Assembly: GCF_039596235.1 (NCBI RefSeq)
Contig: NZ_JBCNKE010000008.1
Span: forward strand, 125,946 to 189,945
Length of the DNA: 64,000 nucleotides
Direction of reading: 5' to 3'
Origin: Sphingobacterium sp.
Lineage (GTDB): Bacteria > Bacteroidota > Bacteroidia > Sphingobacteriales > Sphingobacteriaceae
Part shown: positions 1-9,657 of the stretch, one piece after another
Layout: every line of letters begins with the position of its first letter
Position numbering within the stretch: the first letter of the stretch is position 1
Made by a program: the position numbers and the translations under genes
The notes under the pieces: model-generated
The model's input: the letters and a program-made list of their open reading frames with translations, nothing else
Database searches by the model: none
Told to the model about the DNA's origin: nothing

Positions 1-1460
1 GTATTGTCGTTATTCCGTAAAGCCGATAATAATTCCGCATGAGTTGGCCGGGCTAGTAATAGCACTGGATCTTTTTTTGGCATATCATAGCCTGTCAAGA
101 CCACATGGGCGTTAATACCGCCAAAGCCAAAAGCATTTACTGCGGCCACTTTTGGGAGACCTGTCTTTGACCAGCTTTTTGCTTCATGTACAGGAGCAAA
201 TCGTGTTGTTTGCATGTCGGCGGTCGGGTTTTCACAATACAGCGTTGGTGGTAATGTATCATGGTATAGGGCCAGGCAGGTTTTTATCAGTCCCGCGATT
301 CCTGCTGCCGGCATGGCATGACCTATATTGGATTTGACCGAACCGATTCCAGCCACTGGGGCTGCTTCGTCTTTACCGAAAAATTGTGAGAGGGTCTCCA
401 ATTCAGTTTTATCCCCTAATGGTGTCCCTGTACCGTGAGCTTCCAGGTAACCGATCTGTTTTTCATCCAGTTCAGCATTGATCCAGGCGTGTTGTAGCGC
501 TCTTAATTGTCCTTTCACAGATGGACTCATAACGCTGGCGCCATGGCCATCGCTGCTCACCCCCACCCCTTTGATGATCGCATAGATTTTATCCTGGTCA
601 CGCACAGCATCTTCGAGTCGCTTTAATACAATAAAACCACAGCCTTCACCAATGAGTAAGCCATCGGCATCCATGCTGAAAGGTTTGATTTGCTGTTTGC
701 GCGACAAGGCTCCTAATTGTGTAAAAATGCTCCAAAAGGCAGCATTTTGTCCCGTATGTACTCCACCTGCAATCATGATGTCACTACGGCCACGCTGCAG
801 TTCCTGTACTGCATGGTCTACAGCGATCAGGGCGCTGGCACAAGCAGCATCTACAGTAAAGGCCACACCACCAAGATTGAAGCGGTTGGCCACAAGCGAA
901 GCCACAAGATTAGGGATTAAGCCCATAGCCGTATCAGCAGCAAAGCGCCCCTTGCGTTCCTGGAATGCTTGTTTTACCTTTTCGATATCAGCAGCTGGCA
1001 CCTGCGGTAAAAGTTCCTGTAAAAGGGAGGAAATCTGTTCGCCAGTACGTACGATTTCTATGGCACGGGTAGCCCCCGGGCCAGTATAATTTCCTTTCCC
1101 GATCACAATTCCTGCTTTTTCCAGTGACAGCTGTTTTTGAAATACGCCGGCATCTTCCAGAGCTTTCTGTACGAGATCAAGCGTTAACAGGTGATCGGGC
1201 TCGGTTCCCTCAACGGCAAGTGGTAAAATGCCAAATGCCGTTGGATCGAACACATAGTCCTGAATAAACCCACCACGTTTGCAATAAAAGCGATCCACGG
1301 TTCCGGGACCATCACTAAAATGGATCGGGTCAATGCGATCGGCTGGAGCAAATTCAGTGGAATCGACCTTATTAATGATATTTTGCCAAAACATATCAGC
1401 ATCTTGGGCTCCCGGAAAGACACAAGATAAACCAACGATGGCAACATCTGTTTTCTTCAT
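1..1460 (-). CDS. Type I PKS/FAS subunit 2, N-terminal KS domain (partial, runs off left edge); PfaBC/ArsD-like
   Basis: Not in the ORF track because there is no stop in the window. Manual translation from ATG 1460 gives MKKTDVAIVGLSCVFPGAQDADMFWQNI..., with KS motifs VDAACASAL, EAHGTGT, KSNIGHAMPAAG and NAFGFGGINAHVV. Starts 19 bp after the 2324-aa gene on the same strand. Confidence 0.9.
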   Translation of the reverse strand, partial: MKKTDVAIVGLSCVFPGAQDADMFWQNIINKVDSTEFAPADRIDPIHFSDGPGTVDRFYCKRGGFIQDYVFDPTAFGILPLAVEGTEPDHLLTLDLVQKALEDAGVFQKQLSLEKAGIVIGKGNYTGPGATRAIEIVRTGEQISSLLQELLPQVPAADIEKVKQAFQERKGRFAADTAMGLIPNLVASLVANRFNLGGVAFTVDAACASALIAVDHAVQELQRGRSDIMIAGGVHTGQNAAFWSIFTQLGALSRKQQIKPFSMDADGLLIGEGCGFIVLKRLEDAVRDQDKIYAIIKGVGVSSDGHGASVMSPSVKGQLRALQHAWINAELDEKQIGYLEAHGTGTPLGDKTELETLSQFFGKDEAAPVAGIGSVKSNIGHAMPAAGIAGLIKTCLALYHDTLPPTLYCENPTADMQTTRFAPVHEAKSWSKTGLPKVAAVNAFGFGGINAHVVLTGYDMPKKDPVLLLARPTHAELLSALRNNDN

Positions 1461-1479
1461 AATCAATAGCTATGACGGT

Positions 1480-4400
1480 TTACCAATTGTTGCCTGACAT
1501 AATTAATACTTGGCTTTCCGTACCATATCTGATCTCATTAAGGAAAATTTCCTTCCCTTCTTCCAAAGGAATAAGGGAGATACCTCGGCGTTCGTATTCC
1601 GTCTCCAGTGTCTGCGAAACCATTCCGGCACCTTTCCACGGCCCCCAGTTGATCGAAATAACTTTTCCTTTCAGTCGCTTATTCAATACATTGGCATAAT
1701 CATCCAATACGCTGTTTGCTGCGGCATAATCTGTCTGGCCCTTGTTGCCATAAACAGATGCTATACTGGAGAATAAAACGACAAATTGGCAATCCGAACG
1801 TAATTGTTCCGCCAATACACGTAAGGGTTTTACTTTGGTGTCAAAGACGCGTCCGAAAGAACTGGTTGTTTTCTGTTTGAAGAGTTTATCTTCCAGCAGG
1901 CCGGCACCATGGATCACACCATCAAGCTGTCCAAACTGTTCATAAATCTGACGGAGCAGGGTTGTTAATGCAGCCTCATCACAGAGATCCAGTGATTCAT
2001 AAATGACGGTGTTGCCTAAACGTTCCATATCGCGGATAGTCCGTAGGATCTGATTGTTTTTATAGATATGGAGGGTCTCTTTCTCAATTTGTGCTGGTGC
2101 ATGGAATAGTCCTGATTGAATAAGGTGCGCCCTGATCTGCTCCTTGGAGGTCATTGTTTCCAGCTCTTTCGGGATCGGGGTATCTTTCCTTGGATCTGCC
2201 GATCTGCCTACAAGGATGTAGGTACAAGGGTAGGAGGCTGACATATGTTTTACCAACTCGGCGGTAATCCCTTGTCCACCGCCAAGTACAAGGACAACAG
2301 ATTTTTCATCCAATTGGATGTGCACTTCTTCGCTGCCTGTAGAAAGTGGCGAAGGTATGATATCGACCGTATGCCGCTGATCATTTTTGTAGATAACCTC
2401 TACGGTTTTATCAGTCGTCAAGATCTCTTTTAGTGCAATTTCAGCAATTTGATCTGTTTCCTGTGGTGTGCTTAGACTGATCAATCGACAGTTGGTCTGC
2501 TCAAACTCACGGGCCAGACTTTTAAACAGGCCTGGGTACCCCTGATAGTGGCGCAATGCATGTGTATCATTTGTTTTTTCCACATGCGCGGGGATATCTG
2601 AAATTAAATAGACCCATTTGACCCGGTCCAGATCCATCTTTTTGATCAGGTCAACCTGGTCGATAATATTATGTTTGATGGTTGCTGAATAGGTATCTGT
2701 AATGATCAGCCCATCGAAGACGGCGAGATCCTGTTCTGGATTGACCAATTCGGCGATGGCACCATGTTTTTCGAGCATGGTTTTGATGGCCAAGGTATGT
2801 TGTCCATGATCTGGAGCAATGGCAAAACGTTTGCCCTGTAAAATTTCTGTTTCTTGTGCTGAGGCTGCATCTGCTGGTGTCAGGTCAAAACGAAGTCTGG
2901 ACAAGAGCCTCTGCTCAGGAGCTGTTTCACTAACTTCACTGATCCAGGAAGCAAGACCGTTAAGGGTTTTAATCGCTGCTAAGGTTTCCATCAGATCTTC
3001 GGCATGTTCGAGATCCTCCCCAAAACCAATTTTGGTCTTCAGTTCAGCAATGATTTCCATCCGTTTGATCGAGTCTATGCTCAAATCCGCTTCCAGGTCC
3101 AAATCCAATCCTAACATTTCTTTCGGATAACCGGTTTTTTCACTGACGATATCCAATATTGCTGTTTGTAATTCCGCAAGGGAGAGCGCAGACTGATTTG
3201 CCGTTGCAGATGTCGATACTGCTATTTGACCATTTGGCGTGGACAATGCTGTTGGATCACTGAACTCCGTTAACCAGGAAACCAGACCATTTAAAGTTTT
3301 GATGGCAGCTAATTGTTCCATGATTGTGTCTTCGTTTGTCTGATCGAATTTCAGTGTTTCGAGCTCGGTGCGCAGTGTTCCTATAATTTCGACCCGTTTG
3401 ATTGAATCGATGCTGAGATCAGCTTCCAGATCCAAGTCCAAACCCAGCATTTCATGTGGATAGCCAGTCTTGTCGCTTACCACCTGCAACAATAAAGTTT
3501 TGATGTCTTTAGTTTTTACAGCTGTTGTGACAGTAGAATTTTCGTTAAGAGCCGGTTGAACGGGAATGTGGGGGGGCTGATCAGCGGTAACATTTGGTGA
3601 AGGAGTCGAATAAACCGGCGTTGGGGGTACTTGTGGGTTTTGCCCCAAAAAGGAAAGCATAACATCACGTTGCGCCTGGATCAGCATTTTCATGCTGTTT
3701 AAATATTCTTGGAGCATACGCTCAGCAGAAGGTTGTGCTTCTGTCGTTGCAGCTATAGGGTTGTTAAGGTTACTCATTTTGATGGGGCTTATGATGGGCA
3801 ATGCACCATTGACAGGTAAAGATCCGTTGGTTGGATGTGCAGCCTGTCCGTTGACACGCCAGATCGTAGGCTTTTTCTTATATAAATTTGGTTGATCTAG
3901 CTGGATTGGTTGAACCTGACGGCCTTCAAAAAGTTTATCAATCGAAAAATTGCGACCTGTTCCCAAATATTGCGCAAGCATACAGAGGAGATGCGTCAAT
4001 TTGTTACGGTTGCTATCTTCTACATATAAGGTTAAGTGATCTTGCTCTAAACAAGATTTGGTCAGGCCGGTCAGTACTTTACCAGGCCCTACTTCGATAA
4101 ATATCCGTGCGCCATCTGCATACATGGCCTGGAGTTCCTCTACAAAGCGGACAGGTTGAACCAAATGTTCCGTCAATCTTGCTTTTATTTCAAAAGCTGA
4201 AGTAGGATATAAGCTTGTTGTAGTGTTTGACCAAACTGGTAGTCGCATTTCTTGGAAAGGAACATCCTTTAACACATTGGCGTAAAGTTCCTTTGACTTA
4301 GCGACTAAAGGGCTATGGAAAGCACAGGCCACTTCCAGTTTTTTAGCGGAGACTCGTTCCTGTTTTAATAGTTCCATAAGTTTCCCGATAGCTGCTGTGC

Positions 4401-7400
4401 TGCCGGCGACAACACATTGCGTCGGTGAATTGTAGTTTACGGGATAAACACCTTCCACACGATTGAGGAGTGCCTTCAACTGTTCCGCATTTGCGTTAAC
4501 AGCAACCATGGTGCCGGGATCGCCATTTTCGACCGAATCCAGGATGGATTGAGCCCGCCTGCTGCTCAGTTCGACTAATCGATCTTCATCAAACACACCA
4601 GCGAAACATAATGCTGGTAGTTCACCATAGCTGTGCCCCGCCAGCATATCCGGGACGATACCGAGTGAATGGAGGAATTTGGCCAAAGCCAGGTCAACAA
4701 TACCCAAAAGTGGTTGTGCCAGATGTGTATCTTTAATGGTTTCTTTTTGTTGTTTTAAAGAGTCAGCATCAAAAGTAGTTGAGGGAAAAAGCACTTTTTC
4801 CAGTTCAGGATACTGCGCGATAAGCTTTCGCATTTCGGGGAATATCACAAAGAGATCGCGAGCCATATTGATACGCTGACTTCCTTGTCCTGGAAATAAG
4901 AACGCGGTTTTCCCTTCTCGTCTATTGACAATAAAGGTGTCTTTGCTTTCAATACCGGATAACACCAGTTCAATTTTCATCATCAGGTCTTCCGCTGTAT
5001 CGGCAACGATGCTGAGCTGTATTGTTTTTTCAGATGCAATAGCTAAACTATACGCGATATTTTTTAGCGGGACGCTATCATTAATATCTAAAAGTGCTTT
5101 TACCTGGCTCAATTGTCCCTTAGCCTCGTCGTAGCTGTCACCACGGAACACAAATAATTCCGAAGGCCAGGATTGTAAGGTTATAGTGTTATCTTCTTGT
5201 GGGTGATTCGCAATAACAGCATGGAAATTCGTTCCGCCAAAACCAAAGGCGCTAATGCCGGCATAGCGTCTTTTTTCTCCCCATAAACCAGTTTCGGCAT
5301 GGAAAGCGAAAGGACTGGTTAGTTCGTTGTAATAGGCATTAGGTTGTCGGAGGTGAAGTGTCGGTGGTTTTACACCATGAAATACCGCTAAAGAAGCTTT
5401 GATAAGGCCCGCCAATCCTGCAGCACATTTTGTGTGGCCGATCTGGGTTTTGACCGAACCTAAATGCGTTTGTGCCGGTAAGGCACCTGAGCGGCTGAAT
5501 AAATTGGTCAGTGCGCTTAGTTCTGTTTTATCACCAACAACTGTTCCAGTGCCATGGGCTTCAACCAGTCCCACGGCTGCTGCACTGATGCCTGCTTGAT
5601 TATAAGCGCGTTCCAGTGCGCGTACCTGACCGATTTTTCGGGGAGCAGTAAGGCCCAGGGCTTTACCATCACTTGAGCCGCCCACACCTTTGATGACAGA
5701 GTAGATGCGGTCGCCATCGTGTATAGCATCTTCATAGCGTTTGAGCACCAATATCGCTATCCCCTCGCCAAGGGCAATACCGTCGGCATCCCGATCAAAT
5801 GTAGCACATCGTCCTTTACGTGAGAGCGCATGTGTGCTTGAGAACATCAGATAATCGTTAATTCCATTATGCAGATCTGCTCCACCGGCAAGCACCATAT
5901 CTGATTTGCCCAGAATAAGTTCTTGACAAGCGAGATCAATCGCTGCGAGTGATGAGGCACAGGCAGCATCTACTGTGAAATTTCGACCGCCAAGATCCAG
6001 TCTGTTTGTGATTCGGCCAGCAATAACATTGGCTAGAATGCCGGGGAAAGAATCTTCGGTGGTATGCGGGAATGCTTCTTTCACTTCCTCATGGAGTTCT
6101 CCGAATACTTGTTTGTAATATCCTCTAAAGCTATAACTGTTGGCAAGGTCGTTACCACCTTCCGCGCCGATGATTACGGAAATATTTTCACGATTGATTT
6201 GTTTTTCGCCATAACCGGCATCTTCCATGGCACGCTTGGCTACCAATAATGTCAACAACTGTGTTGGTTCAATAGCTGCGAGTGACTGCGGTGGAATCCC
6301 GAAAGCCAAGGGATCGAAATCAATTTTCGGAATAAAGCCACCCCATTTGGAATGGGAGACATCCGGACCGTCCGAGTCGGGTTTGTAGTATAATTCTTTA
6401 TTCCAGCGTTCGTCCGGAACTTCGGTTACACTGTCTTTCCCAAGAATAATATTGCGCCAAAATTCTTCAAGATTTTTGGCTCCCGGAAATATACACTCCA
6501 TCCCGACAATAGCAACATCTAACGGTTTTTCACTGGATAAAGGTTGTTCCGGTAATATTGCTTCCTGAATATATAGTTTATTGTCGATGCCTACATGTTG
6601 ATGGAGAGAGTCTAGGGAGATTACCTGATCATGCATGGTTGCGATCTGACCGATCATATACATGCCCAGTTCCAGTTGTTCACTTGTGGGAATATTGATC
6701 AGTTTATCACCTTGGCGTTCTACGCCTTTTGCTGCGATACGAAGGCGACCAACATTTAATTTTTCAAGTTTTTCCCAGATTGCCTTCTTATCGACACCAG
6801 CGGCTAATAATTTGGCTTTTTCTAGGTTGAAGTGTTGCGCAAAAGCCGTATTTAAGCAACGGGTTTCATGTCCTGGCGCTGTCTCCAGGAGAACAGTATC
6901 TTTGGCTTGCATCGCCTGTCTTTGAAACTCTTCCTGAATTGCACCTGTACTGACAGCTTCCTGTGTATATAGATATGCCGTTCCCATCAATACACCTATT
7001 TTTACACCCCGAGCTGCCAAGGGAGCTGCCATAATGGAAACAAACGCTGTAGAGAATGCATTGTGGATGCCACCGGCAAAAAATATGCTGATCTCTTCCG
7101 GATGATCTTCTTTTAAAATGCGTTCAATTTGTTTTTCCCAAAGCACAGTACTTGAAAGAGGACCTACATGGCCACCGCATTCGCGGCCTTCGAAAATGAA
7201 ATTTTTTGCGCCCTCCTTTAGAAACATGTCGAGCAGGGTAGGAGATGGTACGTGTAGAAATGTTGTTATGCCTGCTTTTTCAAATACCTTAGCCTGTGCT
7301 GGTCGACCACCGGCAATCAGTACAACGGGCGGTTTAGCTTCCAGGATATAGGCCGTTTGTTCTTCACGCAATTCCTGTGGCGCAAAGCCTAGGATACCTA

Positions 7401-8454
7401 CGCCCCAAGTTTTTTTGTCAACGAGTTGTTTGGTTTCCATAACCAAGTTTTTGGCTTGTTCACCACCCAGCAGGGATAGGGCAACAAATGGGAGCGCTCC
7501 GGCTTCCGCTACGGCATTTGCAAAAGCAGGGACATCGCTGACACGGGTCATGGGCCCCTGTGCGATTGGATAACGCAGGCCAAGTTGTTGTGCCAGTACA
7601 TTTCCACCGTCTATTGGTTGCAGCGCTTTTGCCTGTTTTAAATGACCGTACATGGCTTCCTTAAATCCGAAAACAAGTTTTTTTAATGTCCTAAAATCTT
7701 CGTAAAGATCGATGGCCAAAGAGATATCTTGCCCCATAGGTATATAACTAATTGCTGGATCCAGGCCAGTGAAATAGGATCGGAGTTCGGCTGTATCAAC
7801 CTGATCCGATAAGGCCGGCGAGTTTGGACGTACCAGTACACGGTGGTTGGCGATGATTTTAGTTTCAGTTCCATTTAGCTTTCCACAGAGCGTTTTGAAG
7901 TCCCGTGTAAATGAGCTTTCGGGAAACAGCGCGAGCTGACTGTCCAATACAATTCCAGTAGCACCAAGTGCTTTTGCCGCAGCCGCTGTATGAAGACCTA
8001 TGCCGCCCTGTATCCAGACAGGGATGGACTGAATTTTATTGATAATCCGTTGGAAGAGTACAAAGGTGGATTCATATCCAACGAGTCCGCCAGCTTCATT
8101 CCCTTTTATGATAATTCCTGCAGCTCCTTGTTGCTCTGCTTGCAAGGCCTGTTCAAGGCTACAAACCTGATACACAATAGACGAGTGTTGAGCCGTGGGT
8201 ACAGGGCTGCCAAAAGGAAGAATGATGACGCTTACTTTCGCTGGGATTTGAAGGGATAGTAATTTATCATTCGGAAAATAAATTCCATAATTAAATAGAG
8301 CAGTCTGATCAAGTTGATTCAGTGCTTCCTGAGCATTGGCTAAGTCGTGCCCCAAACTTAATACGGGAAATACACCCGCTTGATGGAGTTTGGGCATCAG
8401 ATTGGCGTCAGGCTTTTCAAAAGGCGTTAATCCAATAATGGTTAAATTTTTCAT
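1480..8454 (-). CDS. Iterative type I FAS/PKS, 2324 aa: two FabK/nitronate-monooxygenase-like (ER) domains, KS, AT, 2 ACP, KR
   Basis: ER-like motifs YPIAQGPMTRVS, EGRECGGHVG and FAGGI; KS DAACASSL/HGTGT/GHTKCAAG; AT GHSYG and AFHS; two ACPs LEADLSIDSIKR; KR GGGQGIT, VIHGAG, YAAAN. Confidence 0.93.
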   Translation of the reverse strand: MKNLTIIGLTPFEKPDANLMPKLHQAGVFPVLSLGHDLANAQEALNQLDQTALFNYGIYFPNDKLLSLQIPAKVSVIILPFGSPVPTAQHSSIVYQVCSLEQALQAEQQGAAGIIIKGNEAGGLVGYESTFVLFQRIINKIQSIPVWIQGGIGLHTAAAAKALGATGIVLDSQLALFPESSFTRDFKTLCGKLNGTETKIIANHRVLVRPNSPALSDQVDTAELRSYFTGLDPAISYIPMGQDISLAIDLYEDFRTLKKLVFGFKEAMYGHLKQAKALQPIDGGNVLAQQLGLRYPIAQGPMTRVSDVPAFANAVAEAGALPFVALSLLGGEQAKNLVMETKQLVDKKTWGVGILGFAPQELREEQTAYILEAKPPVVLIAGGRPAQAKVFEKAGITTFLHVPSPTLLDMFLKEGAKNFIFEGRECGGHVGPLSSTVLWEKQIERILKEDHPEEISIFFAGGIHNAFSTAFVSIMAAPLAARGVKIGVLMGTAYLYTQEAVSTGAIQEEFQRQAMQAKDTVLLETAPGHETRCLNTAFAQHFNLEKAKLLAAGVDKKAIWEKLEKLNVGRLRIAAKGVERQGDKLINIPTSEQLELGMYMIGQIATMHDQVISLDSLHQHVGIDNKLYIQEAILPEQPLSSEKPLDVAIVGMECIFPGAKNLEEFWRNIILGKDSVTEVPDERWNKELYYKPDSDGPDVSHSKWGGFIPKIDFDPLAFGIPPQSLAAIEPTQLLTLLVAKRAMEDAGYGEKQINRENISVIIGAEGGNDLANSYSFRGYYKQVFGELHEEVKEAFPHTTEDSFPGILANVIAGRITNRLDLGGRNFTVDAACASSLAAIDLACQELILGKSDMVLAGGADLHNGINDYLMFSSTHALSRKGRCATFDRDADGIALGEGIAILVLKRYEDAIHDGDRIYSVIKGVGGSSDGKALGLTAPRKIGQVRALERAYNQAGISAAAVGLVEAHGTGTVVGDKTELSALTNLFSRSGALPAQTHLGSVKTQIGHTKCAAGLAGLIKASLAVFHGVKPPTLHLRQPNAYYNELTSPFAFHAETGLWGEKRRYAGISAFGFGGTNFHAVIANHPQEDNTITLQSWPSELFVFRGDSYDEAKGQLSQVKALLDINDSVPLKNIAYSLAIASEKTIQLSIVADTAEDLMMKIELVLSGIESKDTFIVNRREGKTAFLFPGQGSQRINMARDLFVIFPEMRKLIAQYPELEKVLFPSTTFDADSLKQQKETIKDTHLAQPLLGIVDLALAKFLHSLGIVPDMLAGHSYGELPALCFAGVFDEDRLVELSSRRAQSILDSVENGDPGTMVAVNANAEQLKALLNRVEGVYPVNYNSPTQCVVAGSTAAIGKLMELLKQERVSAKKLEVACAFHSPLVAKSKELYANVLKDVPFQEMRLPVWSNTTTSLYPTSAFEIKARLTEHLVQPVRFVEELQAMYADGARIFIEVGPGKVLTGLTKSCLEQDHLTLYVEDSNRNKLTHLLCMLAQYLGTGRNFSIDKLFEGRQVQPIQLDQPNLYKKKPTIWRVNGQAAHPTNGSLPVNGALPIISPIKMSNLNNPIAATTEAQPSAERMLQEYLNSMKMLIQAQRDVMLSFLGQNPQVPPTPVYSTPSPNVTADQPPHIPVQPALNENSTVTTAVKTKDIKTLLLQVVSDKTGYPHEMLGLDLDLEADLSIDSIKRVEIIGTLRTELETLKFDQTNEDTIMEQLAAIKTLNGLVSWLTEFSDPTALSTPNGQIAVSTSATANQSALSLAELQTAILDIVSEKTGYPKEMLGLDLDLEADLSIDSIKRMEIIAELKTKIGFGEDLEHAEDLMETLAAIKTLNGLASWISEVSETAPEQRLLSRLRFDLTPADAASAQETEILQGKRFAIAPDHGQHTLAIKTMLEKHGAIAELVNPEQDLAVFDGLIITDTYSATIKHNIIDQVDLIKKMDLDRVKWVYLISDIPAHVEKTNDTHALRHYQGYPGLFKSLAREFEQTNCRLISLSTPQETDQIAEIALKEILTTDKTVEVIYKNDQRHTVDIIPSPLSTGSEEVHIQLDEKSVVLVLGGGQGITAELVKHMSASYPCTYILVGRSADPRKDTPIPKELETMTSKEQIRAHLIQSGLFHAPAQIEKETLHIYKNNQILRTIRDMERLGNTVIYESLDLCDEAALTTLLRQIYEQFGQLDGVIHGAGLLEDKLFKQKTTSSFGRVFDTKVKPLRVLAEQLRSDCQFVVLFSSIASVYGNKGQTDYAAANSVLDDYANVLNKRLKGKVISINWGPWKGAGMVSQTLETEYERRGISLIPLEEGKEIFLNEIRYGTESQVLIMSGNNW

Positions 8455-9000
8455 GCATTGATGATCTTGAAAATATAATAGCAGGAGATCCCATAACAGA
8501 AATCAAAACCGTAGTGGTATTGACGGGGGGGCTGTTATGTTGGAATAAAAGTAATTAATTTCTATTATATTTTTAACAATAAAGGTAATTTGATAATGAT
8601 TTTTTAACAAAAAAGGAATAAATGCCTGAGTATTATTAACCATGAGGCTACAAATTTGTTTAAATTCAGTCGTAGACCGTTTTTTGGATCTATGATTCAA
8701 AAAAAAATAAATATTCATTTTATGTCTGAATAACTAAATGGATAATTTTATCTCAGAAGGCTTTTTTAATTGTGTTTTATCGCAATAGGTTATCATACTT
8801 TATTTTTACATTATTTGTATAACCTGCTTTTGAACCATCTGTATAATGGATAAGATTAGCGGCACGTATGGTAACCTACTTCGCTTATTGGTTTATATTT
8901 AACTTTTTAGTTAAATATGAATAGCAGCTAATATCTTTCAATAGATCAGGTGATTAGTTTTATTTTTGCATTTTTACTTGCAAAGAATGCTTGATAAGCG

Positions 9001-9008
9001 TATATTTG
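9001..9008 (+). promoter_or_regulatory. Bacteroidota housekeeping promoter -7 element (TATATTTG) of tRNA-Pro copy 1
   Basis: Matches TAnnTTTG, 30 bp upstream of the tRNA; TTG at 8978-8980 at a 20-nt spacing. Confidence 0.75.
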
Positions 9009-9037
9009 TGCCACACAAAAACAAGGTGATACCTTTT

Positions 9038-9111
9038 CGGGGTGTAGCGTAGCCCGGTATCGCGCCACATTTGGGATGTGGAGGTCGTAGGTTCGAATCC
9101 TGCCACCCCGA
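9038..9111 (+). tRNA. tRNA-Pro(TGG), copy 1
   Basis: Cloverleaf: acceptor CGGGGTG/CACCCCG, anticodon arm CCACA-TTTGGGA-TGTGG, T-arm GTAGG-TTCGAAT-CCTGC; CCA not encoded. Confidence 0.97.
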
Positions 9112-9252
9112 CTAAAAAAGCTCTAACAAAAGTTAGGGCTTTTTTTGTTTCTAGGCAGAATGAGAACCTACGACCTAATAAGGAGCTGCGAGGTTCGATC
9201 CGGAGAGGGTTCTATGTCGTGTGGGCATTGTGTGGCTAATTTAATCCTGCCA
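9112..9252 (+). repeat. tRNA-linked repeat unit, degenerate copy A
   Basis: Matches the units at 11539-11684 and 11685-11790: TTTCTAGG..ATGAGAACCTAC..AGGAGCTGCGAGGTTCGA, ending AATCCTGCCA. Confidence 0.85.
9114..9147 (+). terminator. Intrinsic terminator after tRNA-Pro copy 1
   Basis: AAAAAAGCTCTAAC-aaaa-GTTAGGGCTTTTTTT. Confidence 0.85.
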
Positions 9253-9657
9253 TTCTAGCTAAAATCATTTATTATCAGGTTTTTTTGAATATGTTTCGGA
9301 CATTTTTTTTTCAATATTAAGATAGATAAGTTTAGCTTAATGGGGGCTAATGTTACAAGATATAAACTCGTGTCTCCCCGTTTGGTGTTTGCTTTTGCTA
9401 ACGAATTATCAAAATAAGCTGTACATGAACATTGAATTGACATGGCGGGTTAAGCTAAATTAAAAAATTTACACATTTAGTCGCTAAATGTATTTCACAT
9501 TCCTAACAAAATTTGTAATTTACTTCTTTGAAATTGCACGGTTAAGTTTCCGCTAAATTGAACTTTTCATCTAATTTATCCGATACTTCGCCAATGCATT
9601 CTTGGTCGTAACCATGCTATGAGGCCAGCCGGATAAAATTTTTCTAATTGAACTAAA

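Noticed and set aside
152-8259. Many short plus-strand ORFs over the PKS genes (e.g. 652-1089, 2819-3130)
   Set aside because: They are antisense shadows of long, motif-rich minus-strand genes. The same applies to short ORFs over fusA, rnr, tamB, valS, sucAB and ubiD.
8492-8539. Inverted repeat CATAACAG/CTGTTATG with a G7 run in the PKS leader
   Set aside because: The stem is only 8 bp with a poorly pairing interior and no recognisable riboswitch motif.
8503-8718. 71-aa ORF upstream of the PKS (also 9255-9443, 18775-19023, 27216-27410)
   Set aside because: These are AT-rich intergenic frames with low-complexity composition and no motifs.
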